Positions 1 through 9,767 of a stretch of 64,000 nt of DNA are shown here, one piece after another (positions within the stretch are counted from its first letter, which is position 1; every line of letters begins with the position of its first letter). Under the pieces are notes generated by a model. It did no database searches, was not told the origin of the DNA, and was given only the letters and a program-made list of their open reading frames with translations. A program made the position numbers and the translations under genes. Origin of the DNA: Longimicrobiales bacterium (GTDB lineage: Bacteria > Gemmatimonadota > Gemmatimonadetes > Longimicrobiales > Gaopeijiaceae); the NCBI GenBank assembly GCA_965202805.1, contig OZ241869.1, forward strand, positions 64,001 to 128,000, written 5' to 3'.

Positions 1-1620
1 GACGCGGCCGCGGCCGCCGATTTCCTCAGGGCGCAGCCATGGTCCAACGGGAGGATCGGCATCTACGGGTACAGCTACGGGGGCATTCAGAGCATGGCGG
101 CCATCGCCCGCGCGCCCGACGCCTTCGACGCCGCCGTGCCCATGGCGGGGATCTACGACTTTGCCGACGCCTACACCAACGCGGACCGGCTGGGAAAGAT
201 CTTCATCAGGACCGGACACGGGGGCGCACCCGGGGAGCGGCCCGGCGTCTACGCCGTCAGCAATACGCTGGCGCGCGTGCCCGACATCGTCACGCCAACC
301 CTGATCATGCACGGAGAGGAGGACGTACGCGCCCCGTTCCGCCAGTACGAGCTGGCCGTGGAGATCCTGGAGAGGGAAGGGAAGATCTACGAGAGCCACT
401 CCTATCCCGGCGAACCGCACGGCTTCCGCAATCCGATGAACCGGGTGGACATGTACCGGCGCCTGGAGGGGTGGTTCGCGCGATGGCTGAAGGAGGATGC
501 CGGCGACCCGGTCTGGCCGGGCGAGGAATGGCCGGTCTCCAACCCCGGGGCGGAGGGGCTTGATCCCGCGGCCATCGATTCGCTCATCGCCGATATCGAC
601 GCCGGCCGGTTCGGGCTCATCGACCACTTCCTGCTGATCCGCAACGGGCGCGTGGTCGCGGATCGGCAGTGGGATCACGGCGAGGAGCATGCGCGCATCC
701 TGGCCGGGCAGGAGGATACGGTCAGCCACCCCTACAACTACGATCATCCCGACTGGCACCCGTACTACCGCGACACGCCGCTGCACACCCTCCAGTCCGT
801 CACCAAGAGCGTGACCTCGGTCGCCTTCGGCATCGCGGTCGACGCGGGATACATCGACGGGGTCGACGTGCCGGCATGGCCGTTCCTGGTCGCGTACGGT
901 CCGGACCTGGGCGAGCCGCGGCGGGCGAAGGCGACGCTGGCCGACTTCCTCACCATGCGCAGCGGCATCGACTGGGCGGTTCCCGGGCAGACCTACGCCG
1001 ACGACACCCACCCGACCAGCGAACTCGAGGCGAGCGACGCGTGGATCGACTATGTCGTGCGCCGTCCCGTGGGAACCGAACCCGGAACCCGCTTCGACTA
1101 CAACGACGGCGTGAGCGTCCTCCTGGGGAAGATCCTGCGCGAGGCGACCGGACAGCGCCCCGACGCCTGGGCGGAGGAACATCTGTTCCGGCCCATCGGC
1201 ATCGAGGCGCATTACTGGAAGATCACCCCGGACGGAGAGGCGGACACGGAGGGCGGGCTCTACCTCGCCCCCCATGACCTGGCGCGAATCGCGTACCTGA
1301 TGCTGCGCGAGGGCGAGTGGGAGGGACGGCGGATCGTGTCCCGCGAATGGGTGCGGGCGTCCACCTCGCCCGTAATCCCCGACCTCAACCCCCGCAACGG
1401 CCGCGATGACGGAGGCTACGGATACCAATGGTGGGTGCCGTTCCACGAGGACGGGGAGACCCGGGTCTTTTCGGGCAACGGCTACGGCGGCCAGTTCCTG
1501 CACATCGTCCCGGAGCACGATCTGATCGTGCTTTTCAACGGATGGACGCTGCACCAGCGCGCGGAGTTCTCGAGCTGGACCGCGCTCCAGGACCGGATTC
1601 TGCCCGCCATTCGGGGCTGA
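1..1620 (+). CDS. S9-family (prolyl oligopeptidase-like) peptidase fused to a C-terminal beta-lactamase-family serine hydrolase; 5' end lies outside the window
   Basis: Frame open from base 1 (DAAAAADFLRAQPWSNGRIGIYGYSYGG): nucleophile elbow GYSYGG, Asp in HGEEDVR, His in PGEPHGF. Second domain has SxxK (QSVTKS), YxN-like FDYND and GNGYGGQ. Confidence 0.85.
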   Translation, partial: DAAAAADFLRAQPWSNGRIGIYGYSYGGIQSMAAIARAPDAFDAAVPMAGIYDFADAYTNADRLGKIFIRTGHGGAPGERPGVYAVSNTLARVPDIVTPTLIMHGEEDVRAPFRQYELAVEILEREGKIYESHSYPGEPHGFRNPMNRVDMYRRLEGWFARWLKEDAGDPVWPGEEWPVSNPGAEGLDPAAIDSLIADIDAGRFGLIDHFLLIRNGRVVADRQWDHGEEHARILAGQEDTVSHPYNYDHPDWHPYYRDTPLHTLQSVTKSVTSVAFGIAVDAGYIDGVDVPAWPFLVAYGPDLGEPRRAKATLADFLTMRSGIDWAVPGQTYADDTHPTSELEASDAWIDYVVRRPVGTEPGTRFDYNDGVSVLLGKILREATGQRPDAWAEEHLFRPIGIEAHYWKITPDGEADTEGGLYLAPHDLARIAYLMLREGEWEGRRIVSREWVRASTSPVIPDLNPRNGRDDGGYGYQWWVPFHEDGETRVFSGNGYGGQFLHIVPEHDLIVLFNGWTLHQRAEFSSWTALQDRILPAIRG

Positions 1621-1630
1621 CCCGCCGACC

Positions 1631-2752
1631 ATGGGCGCGTTCGGCCTTCGAGCCAGCTATCGGCTGAGCTGCCGGAGCCTGGGCGAAGCAGTGTCCCTCG
1701 CGGGAGCCGTCGCGCGCGAGCAGACCGTCGAAGCCCCTCCCGGCGTCGGCGGTGACAGGCTTCAGGCGCGGATGCTGGGACGCATCGAGCGGATCGAGCG
1801 CGGACGCGGAGGAGGATGGCGGACACGGATCGCCTACCCGCGGGACGCCACCACGACGGAGCTCACCCAGCTCCTCAACGTTGCATACGGCAACGTGTCG
1901 CTCATGGACGGGGTGCGTCTGGTGGGACTCGACTTCGCGCCGGCCGTTCTGCGGTCGCTGCCCGGGCCACGGTTCGGGATCGGCGGCATCCGCTCGCTGG
2001 TCAGGGCGCCGCGGCGGCCGCTGGTGAGCGCGGCCATCAAGCCGGTCGGGCTGTCGTCGCGCGGACTTGCCCGCCAGGCCGCCGCCTTCGCCCGCGCGGG
2101 AGTGGACATCGTAAAGGACGACCACGGGTTGGCGGTCCAGGGTTCGGCTCCGTTTTCGGAGCGCACGCGGATGATCGCGGAGGCGGTCGCGGCCGCGAAT
2201 GCACGGGTGGGAGGGCGCACCGCCTATTTCCCCAACGTCACGGGTCCGCTGGATACCCTCGGCGAGCGACTGGAGCAGGTGGCCGCGCTGGGGCTCGCCG
2301 GCGTCCTGCTGTGTCCGAGCCTGATGGGGCTGGATGCGCTCCGCCGGGTCGCCGCCGGCTCCCGCGCGCTGGCGGTCATGGCCCACCCCTCCCACGCGCA
2401 GACCGCGCCCCGCCGGGCGGAGGGAATCGCCCCGGATGTGCTGCTCGGCACCCTTTACCGGGTTGCGGGCGCCGACATCGTGGTGTACGTAAACGCGGGC
2501 GGGCGCTTCTCGTGGCCCGAGGAGACCTGCCACGCGGTCAACAGGCGCCTGCGGGAGCCGTTGGAGCCGCTTCGCCGTGCTCTCCCCGCTCCTGCAGGAG
2601 GCGTGAACGCCGCCGAGGCCGGCCACTGGTTCGCCTGCTACGGGCCGGACACCATGCTGTTGATCGGGGGAAGCCTCCTGGTGCAGCGGGACCTGGAGGG
2701 CGCGGCGCGGCGTCTGGTGGAAGCGGCAGTCCGAGGAGGGATGAACAGGTGA
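1631..2752 (+). CDS. RuBisCO-like protein (form IV), probable methylthioribulose-1-phosphate isomerase type
   Basis: GPRFGIGGIR, AIKPVGLS, active-site motif GVDIVKDDHG, YFPNVTG, MAHP, PAPAGG, IGGSL; adjacent to a cupin and mtnA. Confidence 0.9.
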   Translation: MGAFGLRASYRLSCRSLGEAVSLAGAVAREQTVEAPPGVGGDRLQARMLGRIERIERGRGGGWRTRIAYPRDATTTELTQLLNVAYGNVSLMDGVRLVGLDFAPAVLRSLPGPRFGIGGIRSLVRAPRRPLVSAAIKPVGLSSRGLARQAAAFARAGVDIVKDDHGLAVQGSAPFSERTRMIAEAVAAANARVGGRTAYFPNVTGPLDTLGERLEQVAALGLAGVLLCPSLMGLDALRRVAAGSRALAVMAHPSHAQTAPRRAEGIAPDVLLGTLYRVAGADIVVYVNAGGRFSWPEETCHAVNRRLREPLEPLRRALPAPAGGVNAAEAGHWFACYGPDTMLLIGGSLLVQRDLEGAARRLVEAAVRGGMNR

Positions 2753-3222
2753 GCAGGTCTCGCGTCATTCGCGGAGGCGCCGGGGAGTGGGGGGACATCG
2801 AGCCCCGGCGCTACAAGCACGAGGAAGACGGTCTTGCCCGGTTCCGCGGCGTGACCCGCCACACGCTGCTCGGAGCCGGTCCGGGCGGCGAGGCCGGACT
2901 GGGCTTCGAACTGCGGTACTTCGAGGTGGCGCCCGGAGGCCATTCCTCGCTCGAGCGCCACGAGCACGGTCACGCGGTCGTGATCGTGAAAGGGAAGGGC
3001 GCGGTGCGCCTGGGCGAGGCTACGGAGCCGGTCTCGGCGCTCGATGTCGTGTATGTGGCTCCGCACGATGTCCACCGCTTTTCGGCCGACGCGGGGGAAG
3101 GGCTCGGCTTTCTCTGCGTCGTGGACCGCGTGCGGGACCGCCCGGTCGCGGTGGACGAGGACGGTCCCGGCGGCTCCGCTTCCCGGGGCGCGACCGGGCC
3201 ACGGCACCGGGGGGCCCCGTGA
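2749..3222 (+). CDS. Cupin domain protein (candidate methylthioxylulose-5-phosphate methylsulfurylase)
   Basis: GTG at 2749 overlaps the RLP stop; C-terminal part of ORF 1816..3222: ELRYFEVAPGGHSSLERHEHGHAV...YVAPHDVHRF...GFLCVVDRVRDRP. Confidence 0.8.
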   Translation: MSRSRVIRGGAGEWGDIEPRRYKHEEDGLARFRGVTRHTLLGAGPGGEAGLGFELRYFEVAPGGHSSLERHEHGHAVVIVKGKGAVRLGEATEPVSALDVVYVAPHDVHRFSADAGEGLGFLCVVDRVRDRPVAVDEDGPGGSASRGATGPRHRGAP

Positions 3223-4334
3223 AGGTCGGCGGCGTTCCCTATCGCAGCATCTTCACGGAGGGCGAGGGCACGGACGTCCAGGTCATCGACCAGACCCTGC
3301 TGCCGCACCGCTTCCGGATCCGCCGGCTCACCAGCGCCGCGGACGCGGCTCACGCCATCTCCGGAATGGTGGTGCGGGGTGCGCCTCTCATCGGCGCGAC
3401 CGCCGCCTACGGGGTCGCGCTCGCAATGCGCGCCGATCCTTCGAACGCATCGCTCGCCGCCTCCGTGAGCCGGCTGATGGCGACGCGCCCGACGGCCGTC
3501 AACCTGCGCTGGGCGCTCGAGAACGCCGGAGCCCTGCTTCGGTCACTGCCTCCCGCTCGGCGCACCCGAGCAGCCTATCGGTTCGCCGACGCGCTCTCTG
3601 AAAACGATGTGCGCATCAACCGAAGCATCGGTGACATCGGACTGGCCATCTTCCGGGAGATCCACGGGGCCGGGAAGGGTGGGGCACGCGAACCCGGCCG
3701 GCCCCTGAACGTGCTCACCCACTGCAATGCGGGGTGGCTGGCGACGGTGGATTGGGGAACCGCCACCGCCCCCATGTACCGGGCCCACGACGAGGGGCTC
3801 GACCTGCACGTCTGGGTGCGCGAGACGCGTCCGCGCTTTCAGGGAGCGGGTCTCACCGCCTGGGAGCTCGGCGAGCACGGGGTGCCGCACACGCTCGTCT
3901 CGGACAGTGCCTCCGGCCATCTGCTGAGTCGCGGGGAAGTCGATGTCGTGATCGTGGGCACCGATCGCACAGCCGCCTCCGGGGACGTCGCCAACAAGGT
4001 GGGAACCTATCCCCTGGCGCTCGCCGCCCGCGACAACGGCGTCCCCTTCTATGTGGCGGTGCCCTCGCCCAGCATCGACTGGAAGACCGAAGACGGAGCC
4101 GATATCCCCATAGAGGAGCGGGATGCGGACGAAGTGACGCTGGTGCGCGGCGTTGATGAAGCCGGGGTGGAGCGCACGGTCCGGATCACTCCCGAGCGCA
4201 CGCGGGCGGCCAACTATGCGTTCGACGTAACGCCTCGCCGGCTGGTCACGGGGCTGGTAACCGAGCGGGGCGTGTGCCCCGCCGACGGGCACGCGCTGAG
4301 AAGGATGTTCGGAAGGGAGGCGGGGTCCGGGTAG
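3219..4334 (+). CDS. mtnA: S-methyl-5-thioribose-1-phosphate isomerase
   Basis: GTG at 3219 overlaps the cupin stop; motifs IDQTLLP, MVVRGAPLIG, TRPTAVNL, LTHCNAGWLA, ETRP, ANKVGTY, FDVTP. Confidence 0.95.
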   Translation: MKVGGVPYRSIFTEGEGTDVQVIDQTLLPHRFRIRRLTSAADAAHAISGMVVRGAPLIGATAAYGVALAMRADPSNASLAASVSRLMATRPTAVNLRWALENAGALLRSLPPARRTRAAYRFADALSENDVRINRSIGDIGLAIFREIHGAGKGGAREPGRPLNVLTHCNAGWLATVDWGTATAPMYRAHDEGLDLHVWVRETRPRFQGAGLTAWELGEHGVPHTLVSDSASGHLLSRGEVDVVIVGTDRTAASGDVANKVGTYPLALAARDNGVPFYVAVPSPSIDWKTEDGADIPIEERDADEVTLVRGVDEAGVERTVRITPERTRAANYAFDVTPRRLVTGLVTERGVCPADGHALRRMFGREAGSG

Positions 4335-4402
4335 GCTCGACATCCCGGCGCTGCAGAGCGGTACGGGAGGCGCGGAGGAGTTCTTGCAGCAGCGTCGGTG
4401 GA

Positions 4403-4618
4403 TTACGCCGAATCGGCCCCGCGCTGTCGGGCGTAGAGCCAGGCCCGTGCCGAGGCCCTGGCGCGCTCCCGGCGCATCTCCCGGTCCCGGTCGGCCCGGG
4501 CGCACTTGGCGCGGCAGGTGGTGCCCCCGCGCGCGGCCGGAAAGGGCTTGCCGCACACCACGCACAGAGTTTCCGATGCCGACGCCACGTTCCCTCGTTG
4601 TCTACGGCGATCCTTCAT
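4403..4618 (-). CDS. Small putative zinc-ribbon protein
   Basis: 71 aa ORF in an otherwise gene-free gap; CVVCGKPF...TCRAKC four-Cys pattern followed by a basic helix. Confidence 0.4.
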   Translation of the reverse strand: MKDRRRQRGNVASASETLCVVCGKPFPAARGGTTCRAKCARADRDREMRRERARASARAWLYARQRGADSA

Positions 4619-4829
4619 GCTCAGTTATCCGGCTGTATAGTCCCAAAAAGCCATCGCACTTTCCAGCGTCCGGCTGCTGTACGCAACATGAGCCCCACCG
4701 CGTCTCGCGCGGCACGTCTTGAACGTGCTGTATTGTCTCCCGGACTGGATAGACTAATATATGCACCCTGGGCAACGCCGCGTCAAACGACCGTGGCGTT
4801 CCTCTCTGTTCCGTTTCGCTGGAGGTCCA

Positions 4830-6539
4830 ATGCACCGCAGTTTCCTCGCGCTCCCGTGGGTACCGGCATTCCTCCTGCTCACGGCGACGCCCGTTTCCCG
4901 CGTCGCCGAGCGGCCTCATGCCGGGGTCGTCATCGAGCGGCCTCATGCCGCGGCCGTCATCGAGCGGCCTCGCCCCGGGATCGACATAGAGGCGTATCGC
5001 TTCGAGCTGACGCTCCGCGACGACACCGACCAGATCACCGGACGAGCCACGGTGACGTTTCGTTTCACGGCGGAAGGGGTCGTGGAGCTGCCGCTCGACC
5101 TGGTGGGGGTGAGGCCCGACGGCGAGGGGATGGAGGTCACCGGCGTCCGGGCGGCGGAGCGCCCCCTCGACTACCGCCACGAGAACGACCTGCTCACGGT
5201 TCGGTTTCCCCGGGCCGGTCGCCCCGGCGAACGGGACTCGGTGACGGTGAGCTACCGGGGTGCGCCTGCGTCCGGCCTCCGCATCGGACCCAACAAGTAC
5301 GGCGAACGCACCTTCTTCAGTGACAACTGGCCCAACCGGGCGCGCAACTGGCTGCCGACGGTCGACCATATCGCGGAGAAGGCGGCGTGCGAATTCGTGA
5401 TCACCGCGCCGGCGCACTACCAGGTGGTTTCCAACGGCGTCATCGTCGAGCAAACGGACCTCGCCGGGGGCATGCGCCGCACCCACTGGAGGCAGTCGGC
5501 GCCCATCTCCCCCTGGCTCTTCGTGGTCGGCGTGGCGCGCTTCGCCGTTCACAACCTGGGCGAGTTCGACGGCCGTCCGGTCCAGACCTGGGTGTACGCG
5601 CGCGACCGCGACGCCGGCTTCCACGACTTCGCGGTCCCCACCCTGAGCGTGCTCGCCTTCTTCGACGACTACGTGGGTCCCTTCGCCTACGACAAGCTTG
5701 CCAACATCACCTCGCCGGCAACCGGCGGGGGCATGGAAGCCGCGACGGCCCTCATGTACAGCGAGAACGCGGTCACGGGCGACAGGCCGGTGCGCTGGCG
5801 CAACGTCGTCATCCACGAGATCGCGCACCAGTGGTTCGGCAACGCGGTCACCGAGTCCGAGTGGGACGACGTGTGGCTGAGCGAGGGCTTTGCCACCTAC
5901 TTCACGCTGCTCTTCCGCGAGCACGCCTACGGCAGGGACGACTTCGTCACGGGCCTCCGGCAGGCGGCGGAGCGCGTCGACTTCTGGTACGCGCAGAATC
6001 CCGATTACCGCATCGTCCACGACGGCCTCGAGGACATGTCGCGGGTGACCAGCGTGGCGACCTACCAGAAGGGCGCCTGGGTGTTGCACATGCTCAGAAA
6101 GCGGGTCGGCGACGAGGCCTTCCAGCGCGGCATCCGCACCTACTATGCCCGCCACCTGAACGGCACCGCCTCCACCGACGACTTCATGAGGGCCATGGAG
6201 GAGTCCTCCGGCGACGACCTGCAGGCGTTCTTCGACCAGTGGCTCCGGCACGGGGGCAATCCGGTCTTCGAGGGGACGTGGCTTTACGACTCCGAAGCCG
6301 GAGCGGTGCGCGTCGACCTGCGCCAGGCGCAGGAGACGGGGCTGTTCCGAATGCCCCTCGAAATCGGGGTCTACACGGGGCGTGACCGGCTTCCCGCCCA
6401 GGTGGTCACCGTCGAGGTGGACGCGGCCTCCCACAGCTTCGTCATCCCGGTCGACGCGGAACCTTCCGATGTCCGCCTGGATCCGGATACCTGGGCGCTG
6501 TTTGCGGCGGAGTTCTCGCGCGCGCAGGAGGATCCCTAG
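4830..6539 (+). CDS. M1 family zinc aminopeptidase, secreted
   Basis: GGAGG RBS before ATG 4830; signal-peptide-like N-terminus; GGME, HEIAH...WLSEGFATY and YQKGAWVLHML motifs. Confidence 0.92.
   Translation: MHRSFLALPWVPAFLLLTATPVSRVAERPHAGVVIERPHAAAVIERPRPGIDIEAYRFELTLRDDTDQITGRATVTFRFTAEGVVELPLDLVGVRPDGEGMEVTGVRAAERPLDYRHENDLLTVRFPRAGRPGERDSVTVSYRGAPASGLRIGPNKYGERTFFSDNWPNRARNWLPTVDHIAEKAACEFVITAPAHYQVVSNGVIVEQTDLAGGMRRTHWRQSAPISPWLFVVGVARFAVHNLGEFDGRPVQTWVYARDRDAGFHDFAVPTLSVLAFFDDYVGPFAYDKLANITSPATGGGMEAATALMYSENAVTGDRPVRWRNVVIHEIAHQWFGNAVTESEWDDVWLSEGFATYFTLLFREHAYGRDDFVTGLRQAAERVDFWYAQNPDYRIVHDGLEDMSRVTSVATYQKGAWVLHMLRKRVGDEAFQRGIRTYYARHLNGTASTDDFMRAMEESSGDDLQAFFDQWLRHGGNPVFEGTWLYDSEAGAVRVDLRQAQETGLFRMPLEIGVYTGRDRLPAQVVTVEVDAASHSFVIPVDAEPSDVRLDPDTWALFAAEFSRAQEDP
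4908..4972 (+). repeat. 27-bp in-frame tandem repeat (about 2.4 copies) after the signal peptide
   Basis: gagcggcctcatgccggggtcgtcatc / gagcggcctcatgccgcggccgtcatc / gagcggcctc, encoding ERPHAGVVI ERPHAAAVI ERP. Confidence 0.85.
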
Positions 6540-6548
6540 GCAGGGGCG

Positions 6549-9500
6549 CTAGGCAGACCCGAGGTCGAGGAGGGCCGTCCCCCGATTCGTCACCCGATGG
6601 TGCACCATGGTCAAGGCGGGCACGATCATCATCAGTACCGCCGTCGCAAACAGGATTCCGAATCCCAGCGAAGCCGCCATCGGAACCAGGAACTGCGCCT
6701 GCAGGCTGCGCTCGAAGACGAGCGGCGCCACGCCCAGGAAGGTGGTCACGGACGTAAGCATGATGGGACGGAAGCGTGCCTTGGCGCCGTCGATGATCGC
6801 CTCCCTGCCGGGCATTCCCCGCCGGAGGCGATCGTTGATGAAGTCGATCATCACGAGGGAATCGTTCACCACGACGCCGCTCAGCCCGATCACGCCGAAC
6901 ATCGACATCATGCTCATCGGCAGCCCCAGCAGCAGGTGACCCGCAAACGCGCCGATGATCCCGAAGGGGATCGCGGCCATGATGATCAGGGGTTTGGTGT
7001 ACGAGCCGAAGGGGATCGCGAGCAGGGCGTAGATGGCCAGCAGGGCCAGGGCGAATCCGCTGGCGAGCGCGCCGAAGGAATCGACCTGCTCCTGCTGCTC
7101 GCCGCCGAAACTGTGGGACAGGCCCGGTTCGCGGGCCGACAGCTCCGGAAGAACGGAGGCGGCAAGCTGGTCCGTCACCTCGGGCCCGGTGACGACCTCG
7201 CGGTCGACATCGGCGGTGACCGTGATGACGCGTTCGCCATCGGTGCGCCGGATGGTGGTGGGCGAGCTTCCCAGGCGAACGGAGGCGACCTGGCCCAGCG
7301 GCACCTCGCCTCCCATGGGCGTGCGCACCAGGTACTCCTCCACGTCCGCGATCGTGTTGCGTTCCTCTTCCGGCAGGCGGACGTACACGCGCACCTCCTC
7401 GCGGCCCCGCTGTACGCGCACCGCCTCGTTGCCGAAGAAGGCGGAGCGCACCTGGCGAGCCAGGCCATCGAGGGTCAGGCCCATGGTACGGGCTTCCGGG
7501 CGCAGATCGAGCTGGATCTCCCTGAGCCCCCGATCCTGATCCGCGCGCACGTCGAACACGCCCTCGAACGCACGCAGCCGCTCCATCAGGGTGTCGGCGA
7601 CCGATGCCAGACGCTCGGGATCGGGGTGGGAGAGCTCGACGTGGACCGGAAGTCCGAAGTCGAGCAGCTCGGCCGTGATGGTGAGCGCCCTGGCTTCGGG
7701 CAGGGGACCCAGCTCCTCCCGCCACGCCTGCTGGAAGTCGGCTGCGGACACGTCGCGGAGTTCGGCGGTCACGAGCTTGAATTCCACCGCCGCCAGGTTG
7801 GCGCGCGGATCGGCTTCGGGCCCGCCTCCCATGGGCCGCATCTGCCGGGCCTCCTGACCCACCGTCACGTTCACGCCCTCAAGCAGCGATCCCGAGCCGT
7901 CGGGCGCGAGCCGTGTGATGGCCCGGTGCCCTGCCGCCTCCATGTAATCGGTCATTTCGGAGGTTCGTCCCGCAGTCGTGCCTTCCGGCATCTCGAGCGT
8001 CGCCGTGACCAGGTCCGCTTCCACCGTGGGCATGAAGTTCACCCTGATGATGCCCGCGGGCACCATGGCCACGGAGAGAATGATGAGCGCGACCCCGGTG
8101 GCGATGACCAGCCCGGGCTGAGCCGTGGCGACCCTCAGGGATCGGTCGAGAGGTCCCCGCACGAAGCTCTTCAGCGTCCGGTCCACGCCCTGCTGTATGC
8201 GAGTGACCAGATGTTTCCGGGCTCGATGCCGGCGCGTTGCCTGCGGCGGCAGGTGAGAGAGGTGGTTCGGCAGAACCAGCAGCGACTCGACGAGCGAGAA
8301 CAGGAGGACGGAGATCACAATGACGGGGAGCATCGTCATGAGCTTCCCCGTTACGCTCGGGACGAAGAAAAGCGGGCAAAAGGCCACCACCGTGGTCAGA
8401 ACGGCGAAGATGACGGGTCCCGTGATGCGACGGGTCCCGCGGATGGACGCGTCCACCCCGCGCCAGCCCCTTTCTCGCTCGGCGTAGATGTTCTCGCCCA
8501 CCACCACGGCGTCGTCGACGACGATGCCGACGGCGAGAATGAAGGCGAAGAGCGTCATCATGTTGATCGACACGCCCAGCCAGTTCATCACGGCGAAGGT
8601 GCCGACAAAGGACACCGCGATGCCGACCGCCACCCAGAAGGCGAGCCGCAGATCCAGGAACAGGGTGAGGGAGAGGAGGACGAGCGCCAGGCCGATGAGG
8701 CCGTTCTTCACCAGCAGCCCCAGGCGGCTCTCGAAGATCCGGCCGGTGTTGTTCCACACCTCCAGGCCCACCCCGGCCGGCAGCGCGGGGATGACTTCCT
8801 CCTCCAGGTGCTCCTCGACGGCCTCGACGATGTCGAGCACCTTTTCGTCGGAGGTCCGGAAGACCTCCACATAGACCGCGGGCCGGCCCTGGTAGCGGGC
8901 GATCAGGTCCACGTCGCGGAAGCCGTCGCGCACGTCGGCGATGTCTCCGAGACGCACCACGGTGCCGTCGGCCCGGCTGAGGACGATGATCTCCTCGAAG
9001 TCGTGCTGGGTGTAGTTCTGCCCGGTGGTGCGGATGCGTACTTCCTCGTCCCGGGTGTCGATGCTTCCCGCGGACAGGTCCAGCGAGCCGCCCCGCACGG
9101 CGTTGGCGACGTCCCCGAGGGTCAGGCCCAGCGCCCGCAACTGGTGCAGCGGCACCTCGACGGAGATCTCGTAGTCGCGAATGCCGGTCGTCTCGACGTA
9201 GGAGACCACCGGAAGCGCCGACAGCCCGTCTTCGGTGCGGTAGGCCAGCTCCTTGAGCGTTCGCTCGCCGACATCGCCGAACAGCACCAGGCGGATGACG
9301 CTCTGTCGGTTGGTCAGTTCGCTGACCTCGGGGCGCTCGGCTCCCGCGGGGAACGTCTGGATGCGGTCGACCTGCGCCTTGATGTCGTCGAGCGCCCGTC
9401 CGACATCCGCGCCAAGTTCGAGTGCGACCGCCACCGAGCCTCGCCCCTCGGCCGCCGTCGAACGGACCTCCTTGATGTCGTCGACAGCCTCGATCTGTTC

Positions 9501-9767
9501 CTCGATCTTGCGCAGGATCGACTCTTCGACCTCGTCGGGGGTGGCGCCGGGATAGGGAACCGAAATGACTACCTGGTCCAGGGAAATCTCGGGGAAGACC
9601 TCCTGGACAAGGCCACCCAGGGAAAAGAAGCCGGCGGCCAGAATGAAGAACATGAGCAGGTTGGCGGCGACCCCGTTGCGCGCCATGTAGGCGATGGGGC
9701 CGCGCGCCACCTGCGAAGGGTCGTTCGACGAGTGCTCGTCCGGCGAAGGCTCGTCGGGGCGGTTCAT
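6549..9767 (-). CDS. RND efflux transporter permease (AcrB/AcrD/AcrF family)
   Basis: Start at MNRPDE (overlaps the upstream gene stop); GIVVDDAVVVGEN, GVVVNDSLVMID, RFRPIMLTSVTT; multiple TM segments. Confidence 0.95.
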   Translation of the reverse strand: MNRPDEPSPDEHSSNDPSQVARGPIAYMARNGVAANLLMFFILAAGFFSLGGLVQEVFPEISLDQVVISVPYPGATPDEVEESILRKIEEQIEAVDDIKEVRSTAAEGRGSVAVALELGADVGRALDDIKAQVDRIQTFPAGAERPEVSELTNRQSVIRLVLFGDVGERTLKELAYRTEDGLSALPVVSYVETTGIRDYEISVEVPLHQLRALGLTLGDVANAVRGGSLDLSAGSIDTRDEEVRIRTTGQNYTQHDFEEIIVLSRADGTVVRLGDIADVRDGFRDVDLIARYQGRPAVYVEVFRTSDEKVLDIVEAVEEHLEEEVIPALPAGVGLEVWNNTGRIFESRLGLLVKNGLIGLALVLLSLTLFLDLRLAFWVAVGIAVSFVGTFAVMNWLGVSINMMTLFAFILAVGIVVDDAVVVGENIYAERERGWRGVDASIRGTRRITGPVIFAVLTTVVAFCPLFFVPSVTGKLMTMLPVIVISVLLFSLVESLLVLPNHLSHLPPQATRRHRARKHLVTRIQQGVDRTLKSFVRGPLDRSLRVATAQPGLVIATGVALIILSVAMVPAGIIRVNFMPTVEADLVTATLEMPEGTTAGRTSEMTDYMEAAGHRAITRLAPDGSGSLLEGVNVTVGQEARQMRPMGGGPEADPRANLAAVEFKLVTAELRDVSAADFQQAWREELGPLPEARALTITAELLDFGLPVHVELSHPDPERLASVADTLMERLRAFEGVFDVRADQDRGLREIQLDLRPEARTMGLTLDGLARQVRSAFFGNEAVRVQRGREEVRVYVRLPEEERNTIADVEEYLVRTPMGGEVPLGQVASVRLGSSPTTIRRTDGERVITVTADVDREVVTGPEVTDQLAASVLPELSAREPGLSHSFGGEQQEQVDSFGALASGFALALLAIYALLAIPFGSYTKPLIIMAAIPFGIIGAFAGHLLLGLPMSMMSMFGVIGLSGVVVNDSLVMIDFINDRLRRGMPGREAIIDGAKARFRPIMLTSVTTFLGVAPLVFERSLQAQFLVPMAASLGFGILFATAVLMMIVPALTMVHHRVTNRGTALLDLGSA

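Noticed and set aside
1631..2752. Carbon-fixing RuBisCO
   Set aside because: Short (373 aa), KDDH motif, no small subunit or phosphoribulokinase nearby, and methionine-salvage gene context.
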